64,000 nt of DNA from Podarcis vaucheri (GCA_965113315.1 OZ220363.1); one strand, 5' to 3'; positions 25,241-39,350 are shown, counted from the stretch's first letter. Notes: generated from the sequence alone by a model not told the origin. Numbers and translations: made by a program.

Positions 25241-25619
25241 CTAGTAGGAAACAACAGCATGAAGAACAAATGGTACTACCACTCTAAAACCAGTGGCAAC
25301 ACACCAATTTAAAAAGCATCAAAATCTGAATGGGAAAGACTGCTGTTTTGTGGGACTGCCCTTTCTTTAAGAATGAAGGAGCATTCCAGTCTGATCTGCA
25401 GCAATAAAAAATGAACTTCAATAAGATCTCATCAGCTAGCCATTTATTAAAAATTGTTAAATGCCCAAACTCCTGGCTACAAGGACTGCTCAAACACAGC
25501 ATCTCGTTTACAGAATGCAGGCACATAGTCATCCTGTGCTCTTCTCTGGACCAGCCCTGCAGATTTGAGTGGGACCATGGTAAAACACTGCCACGTGGGT
25601 TTGTGGGAGTATTGCACGT

Positions 25620-25709
25620 CATAGCTGTCAACTTTCCCCCTTTTTTAAGGGAAATCCTATTCGGAATAAGGGAATTTCCCTTTAAAAAAGGGAAACATTG
25701 ACAGCTATG
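25620..25709. mobile_element. 90-bp palindromic MITE
   Basis: Perfect 12-bp TIRs catagctgtcaa / ttgacagctatg, and the interior is also largely self-complementary. No clear target-site duplication. Confidence 0.7.
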
Positions 25710-27442
25710 GCACAAATGTCAAAATGTATAGGAAGCATTCTTGGACTGATAATGTGGAAAGGGCAAGAAGAAACATTTTGAAGTTATTAATATAGTGTTG
25801 AAAGCACTTTGCACACATTATCTTCATGCACCTTAGAACAAACCTGCAACTCTTATTACCTCCATATTACAGGTTTGGGGAGGGCTGTGAGGTAGCAGTT
25901 TGACTTTGGTCCCCAATGAGCTGAGATTTGAATCAGCACTGTGTTGCTCATGCTGTTAACTACTCTGCCACACAAGCTCCCAAAAATTATTTGGGGCTGT
26001 AATCTTATACACTTTTATCTGGGAGTAGGTCCTATTGTTATCCAACTTACAGTAAACTATACTCAGATACACCAAAATCAATAGACTTTAGTTACTTATG
26101 CTCATTTATTTCAACAGGTCAACTCTGAGTACGACTAACATTAGATTTCACCCAATGCCAACTTCTGAGTAGATCTATATAGAGTTGCACTCTGAGGGAC
26201 TTAAAACTGGCAAAGATCATTTGGGATTTTTGCTCCTACACGTACGACTGTATCACACTCCACTTTAAAAGAAGCCCCAAAGATTAATTGTTTCAGTGAG
26301 AGTTCCAGAACATGTCTTGAGATTGCGTTCTCCCAAGGGCAGAGATTGCTATGGCCCCCAGAAAAGGGTAAGAAATAAGCTACTAGATGGGAATGTAAAG
26401 GAATCACCCCGTTATGTATAGCCACAGTGATTTTATGTGCAATTTTGCTTGGAGTATGGCTGAATTTATACACCATGCTCTGGGGAACCTGAAAAATATG
26501 CCTAAGAAGTTAATCTTTAAAAAATCTTATTTCTCAGGGAAGTTCTGCTAAGAAAGCCAGCTCTGAGTCTGGCATATATGAGTGAGAAATGAATACATAA
26601 AAAAGAAAATGAGTAACGGTGAGGGAAAGATGGTGTAATTGAAGAACAAAGAGGCAAAGGTCACTTATACACTAGCCATTTAATATGGAGCAGACATAAT
26701 CTCTTCACTCAGTTTTTACAGAGAATTTAGATGACAGCATTTCCAACTCAATGTACTCCAGAATTCTTCATATTATCCTCCCACTTTTATCAGATCTGAT
26801 CTGTGATTTTTAAAAATAGCTTGTATTTTTTAAAATAAAAAATAACGATTACATTTCGTCAGGACATGCTATATAGCCATAGTAACAATAAAAAACAATA
26901 AAAAACACTACACCAATGGAAAGAAGCTTTCCTACCACTGTATATTATCCTGCATTCTAGTACCACAAAGCACCCCTACTCATTTTGTTAAAATGCAGTT
27001 CAGAACGGCATTGAACCTTCCTGGGGCGGCTACTGTCTCTTTAATTTCCCTCCATTCTTTGTTTTAAAGTGGCTTCTGCTTCTGGCTCTTATATTAGTCA
27101 GTTCCTGTTCCTTGTGTGGTTGGTTGGTGATAATTAGTAGTTTTGTCTTTGCAATCAAAGCAAATGTTAATTCTATTATCACAATTACATGGTTAAGGTA
27201 ATAAAAAATAAAATTTCTAAAAAGCAATTACTCCAGCTGAAAAGAAACCCAAAATAAAACTGCCTCCCACAGATAACAGGAACTGATTAGTCAATAACCA
27301 AGAAACATTGTGGCCACAGGAGAGAACAGAAAGAAATTTTAGTTTTAAAGGGCACTAGTGTGGAATGTGTCTGGAACTAGAGGCTGAGGAACCACAGCTC
27401 ATCAAGTTTCACTTGCGTGTTTATGTTTATGTCCGTACTTAC

Positions 27443-27566
27443 CGAGAGGAATGCATGGACTATGTCAGCCTTGATAGAACTCAGCGGTTTGTCCTTAATA
27501 ACCACAAAGATCTGTTCTTCTTTCTCTAGGTTGATAAAGTTACCAAACCAGGATTTTTTGGCAAGC
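27443..27566 (-). CDS. BRSK2: BRSK2 124-nt exon (E)[41 protein letters not shown] (autoinhibitory sequence and start of KA1)
   Basis: gtcag|GCTTGCC...CTCTCG|gtaagt, phase 2-0. Near-identical to human BRSK2. Confidence 0.97.
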
Positions 27567-29287
27567 CTGACCAATCCAGGAGGGAGAGAAAGAAAAGGTG
27601 AAAAAACAGAAAGCAAAGAGAAGATTTAGAGAAGAAAAGCACAGGCAATTATAATACACAGCCAACTAGGCCTTAGCTACGCTGTGCGTTAACGGTTTAA
27701 GTCATTGTGTCAAGAGAGTCGTATTTGCTTAGAGACAGAAAGCACCCCAGTGATGCATTTGGCTTTGCTACAACAGTTGGAAACAGAAGACCTAGGTACT
27801 GTACTGTTCAAGTAAACCTAGAAGGGCAGAGGAACTAATGGATACAACCGTGAAACAGCTTTACAAGATACAGCAGGGAGCTGAATAAGGAGGACATTGG
27901 TAGGTCTCTTTGTGTGTGCCACTGATATGCACGCATGCTGTCCATGCACACCCTGCTTTCTGTAAGCACTCTGCACATGAATGGAATGTGTTCACCGGCA
28001 CCCTAAAAATCCAGCGTGCACTGTGCTCATTGAGAGCCTCCTGGAAACTCATTACAATGTCTAGTCCTGAGGTTATTTAATCTATAGTAATATCACATTT
28101 AAGAGAGAAATGTTTTACACCCTTAGCTTTTGAAAGCAAGCTGGCTTTTAAAAAAAAAGCATCTACATCTGCCTGCCTGCCTAACAGAGGAAAAGAAAGA
28201 ATCACAATTTGGCAAATCTCTCCCAGTTCCTCTGTTAAAACTGGGTTGGGAAAGCACAACTCTCTGAAATATTAATAAGCAGCTATAGCTGACCACAAGC
28301 CAAAGATTAGCATGGGGAACAGTAAAGAGAAAGGGCCACTCATTTAAGTAGGCTATTAAGAAGCCTAAGCTTTTGTCTTCCTCAAACACACCAGAATGAC
28401 TCTGTAGGCCTCAGAACAATTATGCTGTCTGTTCCTTGCACATTAAAAGCCTTTGCTGATTAGATATTTATATGTATCCATCCAACTGCCCCAGTCCCCT
28501 CAGACTTCAGGTTGCTGCAATACACCTCTGAATAGAAACATATGAAGGATGGAGCAAGTGCTTTTTCTAGCACAGGTACATGGACCACACAGCGGGTGCA
28601 TGCTGCTGCTGGATATGTCCACGACCCACTAAACATACGCCACAATATAAACATTTTAATAACTGGGGTTTATTTCCTTCTCTCATTTAAACAGGGAGAG
28701 ACAATTCTAGTGAAATCCTCATGGGTGGGTTGCAGAGTTTTTGATGAACTTACTTTACTTCTGTGGTGGATGAGGGGTGTTTTTGATGGTCCTTTCATTC
28801 TGCAAAGCTAGCTCACCAATGGCCTGTGCCCTGCAGCCTCCCTGCGCCCTGCAGCTTTCTGCAATTCAGTTACAGCTCAGGGAAAGGCATCATGAGGTAA
28901 CTCCTCCCACAGAGGTTTTCCAGGTTAGGAAGCAGGGCAGCTGAAGAGGCTGCAGTGTGCTGGCAAAATGTTTACAGAAAATAAAAGGAAAAAATGCAAT
29001 CCTACCCTGCAATAAAGCAAGCTTAAAACTCGAGGAAATTCTCAAGTCTCCTGAGAATGAGGTGGAAAAAAGGAAAAGATATTTTGCAAGGAAAGAAAAC
29101 TTTGGAGAAATTGAAGGAGAGGTTTTGGCACAGCACTCGTCTGCATGATCTAAGCAGTGCTGCTTCCAACAGAGAGAATCAGTGCTATCCGAAAAATTAT
29201 TAACTCTACACAGGGGGAGGGAAAAAAGGGTGGGAGCATGCAGCCTCAGTTATTCAAGATTCACGGCACAATTTTCTAAGCATGTTT

Positions 29288-29617
29288 AAAGGTAAAGGTA
29301 AAGGTACCCCTGCCCGAACGGGCCAGTCTTGACAGACTGTGGGGTTTGTGCGCCCATCTCACATTTATTGGCCGGGGGCCAGCGCTGTCTGGAGACACTT
29401 CCGGGTCACGTGGCCAGCGTGACAACGCTGCTCTGGCGAGCCAGAGCCGCACACGGAACGCCGTTTACCTTCCTGCTGGTAAGCGGTACCTATTTATCTA
29501 CTTGCACCCGGGGGTGCTTTCGAACTGCTAGGTTGGCAGGCGCTGGGACCGAGCAGCGGGAGCGCACCCCGCCGCGGGGATTCGAACCGCCGACCTTTCG
29601 ATCTGCAAGCCCTAGGC
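29288..29617 (-). mobile_element. Sauria SINE, near full length, CpG-rich
   Basis: (ACCTTT)n tail seen as aaaggtaaaggtaaaggt. Pol III B-box GGTTCGAATCC on the minus strand near 29578-29588. Many CpGs are retained. Confidence 0.9.
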
Positions 29618-32600
29618 GAGTTTACTCAGGAGTAAACTCGGGCCACTGTGTTCAATGAGCCTTACTCCCTTATAAGTGTACTAAGTAAAAGTTTTTTTAA
29701 ATGAAATGGTACACTGCTTTCTTTTTAAGGTGCTGCCAACCAAGCAAAACACTGCATTAGAGAGAAGTGAAACTTGCTTCCCCAATAAGGCCTTAAGCAT
29801 TATGAACATTATGAAATTGACATTAAAAATCTCGAAGACCATTTTGTAAAATTAAAAACTGGGATATTTCAATTGCCTCTGAGCCGTGATAAAGGATGTA
29901 CTGTATCCATTCTGACACTTCATATAATCACAAGAGTAGGGTCTGTTCTGAAACGAATGTTTTAATTCACAGCCAGTGGTAGGAGATTTAAAAGAAAAAC
30001 CCAGTTTAAAAGTAGAAGAAGGGATAAAAAGGTGCATACTGTTGGTAAAACTGTATCTCATGAATGATCACCAGGAATAAAGGTTATAGGGGCCTGCTTA
30101 AGCTTCCAGTGATACCCTGGAGCCTGTAACTGCTTGCAATACAGAGTTCTTCTGATGAGATACAAGACAGAATAGATTCTTGCGAGTTCTCCTGATGTAA
30201 CTGTGCTGGGTCTGCAGGGCAAAGAGGCATAGATAGTGGCACTGATGTTTTATAATGAAGGGGGGAAATTCAGCAGACCTGGCAGAATATCCATATTGCA
30301 TAGACTTATCAGGTACTAGTTTAACAAGTAAGGGTTGGGGGCAAGGAAGGAGAGATTTATATACACCAGTGGCTCAATTAGTTTGGTGTATTCCTAGACA
30401 CTCGTGTGATCAAAGTAATCCCAGAACTATATGGTACATATTCCTATTGACTGTACCAGTGGGTCTGTGGATACTATTGTCTAAGACCACCACACTCAGA
30501 ACCTGCAGTCTTACAGCTTACTCACTGTCTGGACATGTTGTAGCTACATCAGCTGAAGGCTAAAGTAATGATTTTTTAAATAAAGTGAAGCAGTATGCAC
30601 AGGAATCTGAATTCTGACTGGGTTTAGGACCCTGCTCACTCGGGCTTTAATCCCGAGGGTTCCCTAGATTCATTACTGCAACTCATATTCCATTTTGTGG
30701 GGGCTGTTGGGATCTTCCTAGTCCAATCTGCACATAGAACAAGAATCAGACAAGACCCACTTCTCAACAGAGGACCCTGCAACGGTTCCCCCAGCACATC
30801 TTAGGACCCACAGAAAATCAGTGTACCTGAAGGGAAACCTTAGGTCCCCAGCACAGGAAAATGGGAACCCTGAGAACTGGGGGATCTGGTAGATCCTTAC
30901 CTTAACTCTGCCATTCTGGGTCCTGCTACGATCTGGGTCAGGGATAATATTCCAAATGTTGTTGGACTACAACCCCAGCAAAATGGGCAGGGATGATAGG
31001 TCCTGTAGTGTGATATCTGAAGGTTCTATATTGGCTACCTTGTAATTGTAATTCATATATTATCACCTCAAATCTAGATGAATGTAATGGGAAGAATTCA
31101 GCGTGGTGCTAGAGAGATTGTTCTGGTATAAGAATCTCCCCTCTCCTGCCACGCTGTTCTGGTGGTTCTCCCCCCTCCCCTCAATTGGGGCAGGGGGAGG
31201 ATGGGGGTCAAACTCCGCTGCTCTAGTGGAAGTCCTCTAGTGGAAGCATCTGCTAGCAGGACAGGTTAGTTGAATCTGGCCCAACATTTTACTTTAAAGG
31301 TGGGTTGGAATTTCCAGATTGGAAACAGTGCTCCCAGTTGCTGCACTATTGCTTTAGGGGCATAATTCAGGCTGCTAATTTTGATATATAAAGCCTCACC
31401 CCAGTAGCCCTTAAAGGCCACCTCCTCCCTTATGCAACTCCCAACGTTGACCGAGAGAATCTGTTTAGCAATACCATCGATGGGTGAGATTCAAACAGTA
31501 AGGGAGCACAGGGAGATATTCTCAGTGGCTGCACCACAACTACAGAACTCTCTTCCCTTGGAAACGTTCAGAAGCCCAAAACAGGATGTTGTTGGGAAGC
31601 ACTGTTCTACGGCCTTTGACCCTTTTTCTTTTGGAAGGTAGGGTGTCATTACTGACTTAGCAGATGTTTTGGCGGTTTTGATAATGAAAATAACCCTAAA
31701 GGAAGGAGAGTGAAACATAAAAAAGAAATAAAGGGGAGAAAACACACCAGGGGCAACCTTGGGATTCAGAGGAAAAGCTTGCACAACATATCTGAAGGGT
31801 AGAAGTCCATAGGGGGGAAACGACCTTGAAAAACACTGAAGAATCAACTTGACATCTATCTTAAGAAAGGTTTTCCACCCCAAGAGATTGGTAGAAAGCA
31901 ACAAGGTGTACTGGAGAAAGTACGCAATTTTACATCATGTTGTAGACAAACAATGACAGTCATTCTCTATATCTAAAATAAACCCATGGATTTAAACAGA
32001 ATTGTCTCTCTGTTGACCAGTGCTGCAATTCTATTTCCACTTCACTAGGAGTAAGCCACACTGAACTCAACAAGACTTATTCCCGAGTAGACATGTATAG
32101 GATTGCATTGCAAAACATGCTTATACACCATCTCAATTTGTATTAGAGGCTCTAGCTTCTACAGGGGATTTCTGAAGCCCCTATGGGCTAAATTCTAAGT
32201 CAAAATACTAGTGGACACATACATACAGCCCAGTTCAAACAAGTCCCATGATTCAGGACTTTGCTGAATTGAGGCCCTGCTGCAAATCAGCATAGCTCCA
32301 TCATCTGGCACACATGGTGCAATGCTTTTTTAAAATGTCAGATTTATAGAAGGTGATAGCAAACAGAAATACCAAGAGAATAAAAGTTAGGCAACCACCA
32401 ATTCCATTATGTTTCTATTGGCTTGTGGCTCAAAGGCAGCTCTCTCCATGAATTGCTTCCTGTGCCTGCAGTCCTGTACACTAGGGAAGGCTAACCTTTT
32501 TTATGCCCAAGGGCTGCGTTCACCCTTGGCCAACGCTGCAAGGGCTGAATGTTGTATACTAGCAGTGAGTATGGCCACCCCATATTCTCACTCACCAACA

Positions 32601-33133
32601 CAGTTAGGCAAAATGCCCTCCTCAGCTGGCCCATGCAGATCAGCTGAGAAGGTTGATTATTATCCCTCCCTGTTCATATGACCCATCTGATGACTGGAGT
32701 GGGAAGATTTGCTTACCCAACAGGGTGCTGAGTCTACTTTAACTTTCCCCCTTTTTTGAAATCAGTGGGGCCCTGGAGGGGCAGAAAAAAATGTGCTGGG
32801 AGCCCTCCATAGCTGTTAGCCACCCCTAATGTATGCATTTAGAATGTTTCAGTCCAACTGATCTCAATAGGAACTAAGCAGCCTAACTAAAGGATTGCAA
32901 CTTGAGTTTCTCTATCCAGCCAGACATGCAGTAAGTGGAGAATATATCTCTGCACAGATGGCATATCTGTACCAACATTATTAGCATGAGAAGTCACTGC
33001 AAGATACCAGTGAGAAAGATCGCAGGGTTTTGCCTAAAATGTGTTTGAAACCTATTCAATGTATCATTTTTTATGGTAGTTTCCAGACCCAATCCCCAGG
33101 TCTGTGCTGCCACAGTAGAATATGGTCCCTGTC

Positions 33134-33286
33134 NNNNNNNNNNNNNNNNNNNNNNNNNNNNNNNNNNNNNNNNNNNNNNNNNNNNNNNNNNNNNNNNNNN
33201 NNNNNNNNNNNNNNNNNNNNNNNNNNNNNNNNNNNNNNNNNNNNNNNNNNNNNNNNNNNNNNNNNNNNNNNNNNNNNNNNNNNNNN
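33134..33286. other. Assembly gap (153 N)
   Basis: Run of N. Confidence 1.
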
Positions 33287-33343
33287 AAGACCTTTTGTTT
33301 ACATATTTTTTTTGTATCTTAAGTTCCTTTGCATTAACAGATA

Positions 33344-33602
33344 CCGTATTTTTCACTCTATAAGACACACTTTTCCCCTCCTAAAAAGTAAGGGAAAATG
33401 TGTGTGCGTCTTATGGGCCGAATGAAGGCTGCACAGTTATCCCAGAAGCCAGAACAGCAAGAGGGATCACTGTGCAGCGAAAGCAGTGATCCCTCTTGCT
33501 GTTCTGGCTTCTGGGATTCAGAATATTTTTTTCCTTGCTTTCCTCCTCCAAAAACTAGGTGCGTCTTATGGTCTGGTGTGTCTTGTAGAGCAAAAAATAC
33601 GG
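33344..33602. mobile_element. Tc2/pogo-like MITE (CCGTATTT termini) with a long internal hairpin
   Basis: TA flanks. TIRs ccgtatttttcactctataagacacac / gtgtgtcttgtagagcaaaaaatacgg. Internal inverted repeat tcccagaagccagaacagcaagagggatcactg / cagtgatccctcttgctgttctggcttctggga. Confidence 0.88.
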
Positions 33603-35608
33603 TAAGTCCTCAGGATAAAGACTGAACTAGCAAGTGATGCTAGGATCCAACTCTAGTCATCCTTTTATATCTAACTGTTCTAGAATGTTTATGGTTAGAG
33701 ACATGTGAACTAGTACAATGTGGCAAATGCTTCTCCAGTTTCTTTGAAGTTTTCTTCCCCTGTGAAAGAGGCTTCCATTTTTCTGTCTCATTCTCAGGGC
33801 ACTAGAAAAATAATTTCTTTCAAATTTTGGTGGGTATTGAGATTTTGAGCTAACTTTATTATTACAAGGTAGCGGAGGTTGGTATGTGTAAACCTTTCTG
33901 CAGCACTCTGCAGTCTCCCCAGCTGCCTGTGCTTCCTAATCTGAAAAGGGCTCATGGGAGGAGTTATCTCATAATGTCTTCTCCTGAGCTTTAACTGAAG
34001 CATGGACACCCGGGAAGGCTGCTGGAGTGCAGATACCACTGGTGAGATGATTTGTGGAATGAAAGAAAGGACACCTAAAAATATCCATTGGCCACTGCAA
34101 AAGTAAAGTGAGTACAGTGAAAACACGGCACCCAAACAATAATAATTCCACAGATATGTTCCACCTCCTCTGATAATTTCCACATGTAATTTATTTTCTC
34201 AATAATTGATGGGAAGCATAAAGCTGATTAGCGATATCTGGTCATTCAATACACATGGCGATAGTTCTGCAGAGTGGGAGAGAACTGCTGTGCAGAATTG
34301 CCCCCCCCTGTCGTCGTATCCTCAACAGCCCATTCCCTGTTGTCCATGCGGTGGGAATAATGCCTGCAGAGGGGATGCTCATAGGCTCCCCGCCCCCAAT
34401 TTTTGGTTCTAGATCATGGAGGGGGCATAGGTGCAACGAGCAAATTTTAAACATGCTCACCAACATGCAGGCAGACAGCAGGAGGGAGGTCCTGACTGAG
34501 TTGTGATGGTAGGGCCAGGGCCAGTAGGTATGGCTCTGCTCCCCTGCTCCCTCTTGCTGTTCTGGCTTCTGGGATTCAGAATATTTTTTTCCTTGCTTTC
34601 CTCCTCCAAAAACTAGGTGCGTCTTATGGTCTGGTGTGTCTTGTAGAGCAAAAAATACGGTAAGTCCTCAGGATAAAGACTGAACTAGCAAGTGATGCTA
34701 GGATCCAACTCTAGTCATCCTTTTATATCTAACTGTTCTAGAATGTTTATGGTTAGAGACATGTGAACTAGTACAATGTGGCAAATGCTTCTCCAGTTTC
34801 TTTGAAGTTTTCTTCCCCTGTGAAAGAGGCTTCCATTTTTCTGTCTCATTCTCAGGGCACTAGAAAAATAATTTCTTTCAAATTTTGGTGGGTATTGAGA
34901 TTTTGAGCTAACTTTATTATTACAAGGTAGCGGAGGTTGGTATGTGTAAACCTTTCTGCAGCACTCTGCAGTCTCCCCAGCTGCCTGTGCTTCCTAATCT
35001 GAAAAGGGCTCATGGGAGGAGTTATCTCATAATGTCTTCTCCTGAGCTTTAACTGAAGCATGGACACCCGGGAAGGCTGCTGGAGTGCAGATACCACTGG
35101 TGAGATGATTTGTGGAATGAAAGAAAGGACACCTAAAAATATCCATTGGCCACTGCAAAAGTAAAGTGAGTACAGTGAAAACACGGCACCCAAACAATAA
35201 TAATTCCACAGATATGTTCCACCTCCTCTGATAATTTCCACATGTAATTTATTTTCTCAATAATTGATGGGAAGCATAAAGCTGATTAGCGATATCTGGT
35301 CATTCAATACACATGGCGATAGTTCTGCAGAGTGGGAGAGAACTGCTGTGCAGAATTGCCCCCCCCTGTCGTCGTATCCTCAACAGCCCATTCCCTGTTG
35401 TCCATGCGGTGGGAATAATGCCTGCAGAGGGGATGCTCATAGGCTCCCCGCCCCCAATTTTTGGTTCTAGATCATGGAGGGGGCATAGGTGCAACGAGCA
35501 AATTTTAAACATGCTCACCAACATGCAGGCAGACAGCAGGAGGGAGGTCCTGACTGAGTTGTGATGGTAGGGCCAGGGCCAGTAGGTATGGCTCTGCTCC
35601 CCTGCTCC
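33490..35608. repeat. 1058-bp direct tandem duplication (33490-34547 and 34548-35605), with TCC microhomology at the junctions
   Basis: Five ORFs in the ORF track recur identically at offset 1058. The sequence matches by eye throughout. Confidence 0.95.
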
Positions 35609-37058
35609 ACACCATTATAATTGCCCAAACAAGGCAACTGGAAGCTGATTTTAAAAAACACACACGTGAAAATGTTTTGGATGGAGGTGCCTGTTTAATG
35701 TTTGTAAAGTTTAAAATATTATGCACAATTTGGATTATTATCAATTTTTTCTTCTTAAATACATGTACTGCTATACAGAATATTAAAAAGCAGATGGAGT
35801 CATGCTGCTTTACACCAGAAGGGGATATGGGCTTATCCATTTAATTTCTATGAACTTATCTAGGCTTTCCCACAAATAAAATGATACACATTACCTAGAC
35901 ATGTCAAGGTATAATATCCAGTCCTCAGAACTGTTAAACGAATTAGATTCATTAAAAGATGCAGCAACAGAGTAAGGAAGCACATTTATGCAACATTTCA
36001 ATCATGGGGCCAGTAAGGGCTCTTTTGCAACGGAGACATCTTGCTCTCAGAGCAAAAACAATACAGAACTTTAGAGTGGCCACAGAGCATAAAGGCACTG
36101 ACGATTGAAATAAAAACGCAGTTCATTATTTTTTACAACTTTTATTATGTTTACTGCAGGGTGCCATCCAATTGAACTCATTAATTCAGCAATTATATTG
36201 GAAAGGGGGGAAAGGCCTTAGGCTTTGAGTTGCATCCAAACTGCCTACTAAGAATGCCTTTACTTCTACCCGGCAGTTCTTAAAGAGAGAGCGAGGCACA
36301 GAGAAAGGCAGCACATTCACAAAGGATCTCACACAAAAAGAAGGGGAGAGAGAAGGAAGAGAGAATATGGTGGAAAAGAAAGAACAGGATCCCATTAAGT
36401 CCCTTCCACCACTCTTTACTGCCCTGACTGCTGTTGCATCAGGGTTGCACTACTCAGTTTTCACACTTCAAAATGGCAAGGGCCATATCACCATCTCCAG
36501 TTAAGAGATCTTCTCGGTTCAAAATTTAATCTAGAGCTCATGATTATTTCACTCTGTGCCTTAACCAATATAAGATCATTCCAGCAGCCAAGAAAGCAGC
36601 AATCTGGAACGTAGCAGAAAATGCTGTGCAAATTATAGAGGATTATTTTGCACTTGGAGTGCCTAGAAGGGAATCTCTGGAGAAATGTTCACAGGCAAAG
36701 TACCCCAAAAAGGCATTTAGTCATATGTAATTCTTCAATGACATTTTTGTTAAAATTACTTTGGGTCTAATGCAATTGAGAAAACACATTATTTCTGAAT
36801 GGCTACTGTATTTCCTGTGTAGCCCTTTCTGAACTGTTATAGAAACTACCATCCCTACACCAGCTTTCACCTCCTACTGTATGAGTTACTTCCTACTAGG
36901 CTCCAAAGAAAGTCAGAAAGGTCAGCAGTTCACTGTGACTTTGAACAATATATGAAGTCGAGACACTGCTTAAGTTTTCAAGGCTGTTTGCTCTATTGAC
37001 CCCAAAGAGAAACACAGGGTCCTGTGTAAGTAAGATTGCTTGAAAAAGCTGTTCACTT

Positions 37059-37313
37059 GAGAGCCAGTGTGGTGTAGTGGTTAAGAGCGGTAGTCTTGCA
37101 ATCTGGGGGAACCGGGTTCACGTCTCCGCTCCTCTACATGCAGCTGCTGGGTGACCTTGGGCCAGTCACACTTCTCTGAAGTCTCTCAGCCCCACTCACC
37201 TCACAGAGTGTTTGTTGTGGGGGAGGAAGGGAAAGGAGAATGTTAGCCGCTTTGAGACTCCTTAGGGTAGTGATAAAGCGGGATATCAAATCCAGACTCC
37301 TCCTCCTCCTCCT
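37059..37313 (+). mobile_element. tRNA-derived SINE (Squam3-like), full length
   Basis: A-box tggtgtagtgg, B-box-like gggttcacgtctcc, CORE-like gggtgaccttgggccagtcac and a (CCT)n tail. Highly similar to the inverted copy at 46797-47053. Confidence 0.88.
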
Positions 37314-38129
37314 GTGGAAAGGAGTGTGTTAAATACATGAAGAATTGGATGTTGGTTTTCCTTTTTAAGACTTTTCCTATGAAGTGAGGGTGGAGAGGAA
37401 TGCACTGAAGGACTGAAAAAAAAATGCACTGGATTTTGTTTTCTCAAAAATCCTTATCAGACAAACAAAGCAATCCATTTGTTTTCTTGAGCTCCTGCAG
37501 TTTCCTAAATCAGGAGTAGCTAACCATTATCAGGCTGTGGGCTGCACTGACCAATGGTCAACACCTGGGGGACAACGTGTCCAAGTGTAAAAATGGCCAA
37601 TTGATTTTTTATAGAGTCAAATTCTGGGGAATCTTTGGGTGAGGTCACAAAGGTCTTTTGCCATGAGAGAATCAGAGTGGAAAGAGCAGTCAGCAACTTT
37701 AAAAGAATTAATGAGACTTTTCTCTTTTTGAGTGGGGTGGGTGGGAATTGGAAGCCACAACAATATTCAGCTTCATAGCATAACAGCAGGAGATTCACAA
37801 GAACAGTAATTAAAAACAAAAACAAAAAACACTTTATTTTATTTTATTTTAATAACAAATTTTTGGTGTCCAAAAACCCCTCGAGGAGTTGTATGAGTCC
37901 TATGTGCTAGCTACCCTTGTCCTAAATTTATCCCTTAACCTAGCACTACCCTTGAGGGTTTATATTAACTGCCCTGACAACTTGTTTGTGACCTGCTGCA
38001 ACCAGCGTGGTATGAATTCATTTGTTAGGAGTGCTAGATAAAGAACATTCTGTCCCACTCTGATCTATTGTCAAGTACACAGGAAACAAATCGGTGCTGA
38101 TACTAATAGTACTGTAGTGAGCTACTTAC

Positions 38130-38178
38130 TCTGGGGAAGATTCTGGAGTTAAATTCGACATCTCTTCTGGCGTCGGTA
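38130..38178 (-). CDS. BRSK2: BRSK2 49-nt exon (V)PTPEEMSNLTPESSP(E)
   Basis: tatatag|TACCGACG...CCCCAGA|gtaagt, phase 1-2. Identical to the recalled human peptide. Confidence 0.97.
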
Positions 38179-39171
38179 CTATATATACATACACAGACAG
38201 AGACAAAGCATAAGAGGAGGAGAAAAAGGAAATGCTGATTCCCAATTCAAAGTCAATAAATGTGGAATCAAAGTTCACACAGAATATATTTCAAGCACTT
38301 CATTGTTTTAATATCAAATAACTTATTGTTTTAATATCAAATAATTGACCCACACTATATCCACATGTACCTAACTTGAACACTTATATACTGAGATTTC
38401 ATAGTTTGGCTTGGGCTCTTAAACAGTATCTATTCAACTTAGAATTGATGGCTGTTGTGAAAGTAATTTGCAGCATAACTGTATCTGCCAAGATGTCTGG
38501 GGCTGATTTTTACTAGTAGCATTGAAATAGTTCTATAACCCACAAAAAACTAAAAACTGGTATGCTGCACACTTAGCCCTACAACACCCTGATTATGTGC
38601 AAAGTCTGTAGATGGAATATTATTACCCTTTCCCCTTGAAACAGAGAATAAGAAATCTGCCATATACTACAGCAGACATTTCAGCAAAGATACAAATGAG
38701 CTGGAATGCTGAGCTGTGGAAATTTCCTATTTGCATATTTTAACCAATCTTGAATTAGGAAAGAAAAGAGATTTCCAGTAATAGACAGGAATGTATTTGC
38801 TCATAAACACATAAAGCAGTAATTGTGTTTTATGTAACCTTTATTAACATGAGTCCTCATGGAGTTCCTCTCCATCCAAAACAACAACAACAACAATGCT
38901 GGGGCACTGGCACATCAGTGAAGACAACACCTTGCTCAGAACTCAGATATTCAAAAAGCCACACTTTGGCTAGGCAAACCATGGTTTAGTGACATGTGTA
39001 AACCAGGCCAGTGTGTGCCTCAAGTCAGAAACAACTGAAAATCAGCAGGCTAGAAGCATAGTGCAAGTATCAAAGTCATGAGCAGAAGGCACAGGATGGA
39101 GAGATTGGATAGTATAACAACACTTGTAATCTTAGTATAAAAACTGGTACTTTTGCCTTGTTCGGGTAGTC

Positions 39172-39350
39172 CAGGGATGTCCAACTTCCAAGAGACTGCG
39201 ATCTACTCACAGTATATAAAAAAAACTGGCAGTGATCTACCCATTGTCACTGAAGGATGGACCAGAGTTGTTGAGCTTTTTTTGAGAAGCCAAGGTTGTT
39301 GAGCTGAGCTTTTTTAGGAAGCAAAAGTTGTTGAGCTTTTTTTTGGTGGG
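39172..39350. mobile_element. hAT-like non-autonomous element end with short internal tandem repeats
   Basis: cagggatgtccaac terminus, repeated gatctac motifs and three gttgttgagc(t)n units. The opposite terminus was not found. Confidence 0.5.

Noticed and set aside
32994-33425. ORFs spanning X runs
   Set aside because: Artefacts of the N gap.
33794-35564. Duplicated ORFs as a tandem gene pair
   Set aside because: Spurious intronic ORFs copied by the 1058-bp duplication, with no protein-like features.
37059-37135. tRNA gene
   Set aside because: The A/B boxes are the head of a SINE followed by SINE body and tail, with no complete cloverleaf. The same applies near 47000 and 29580.
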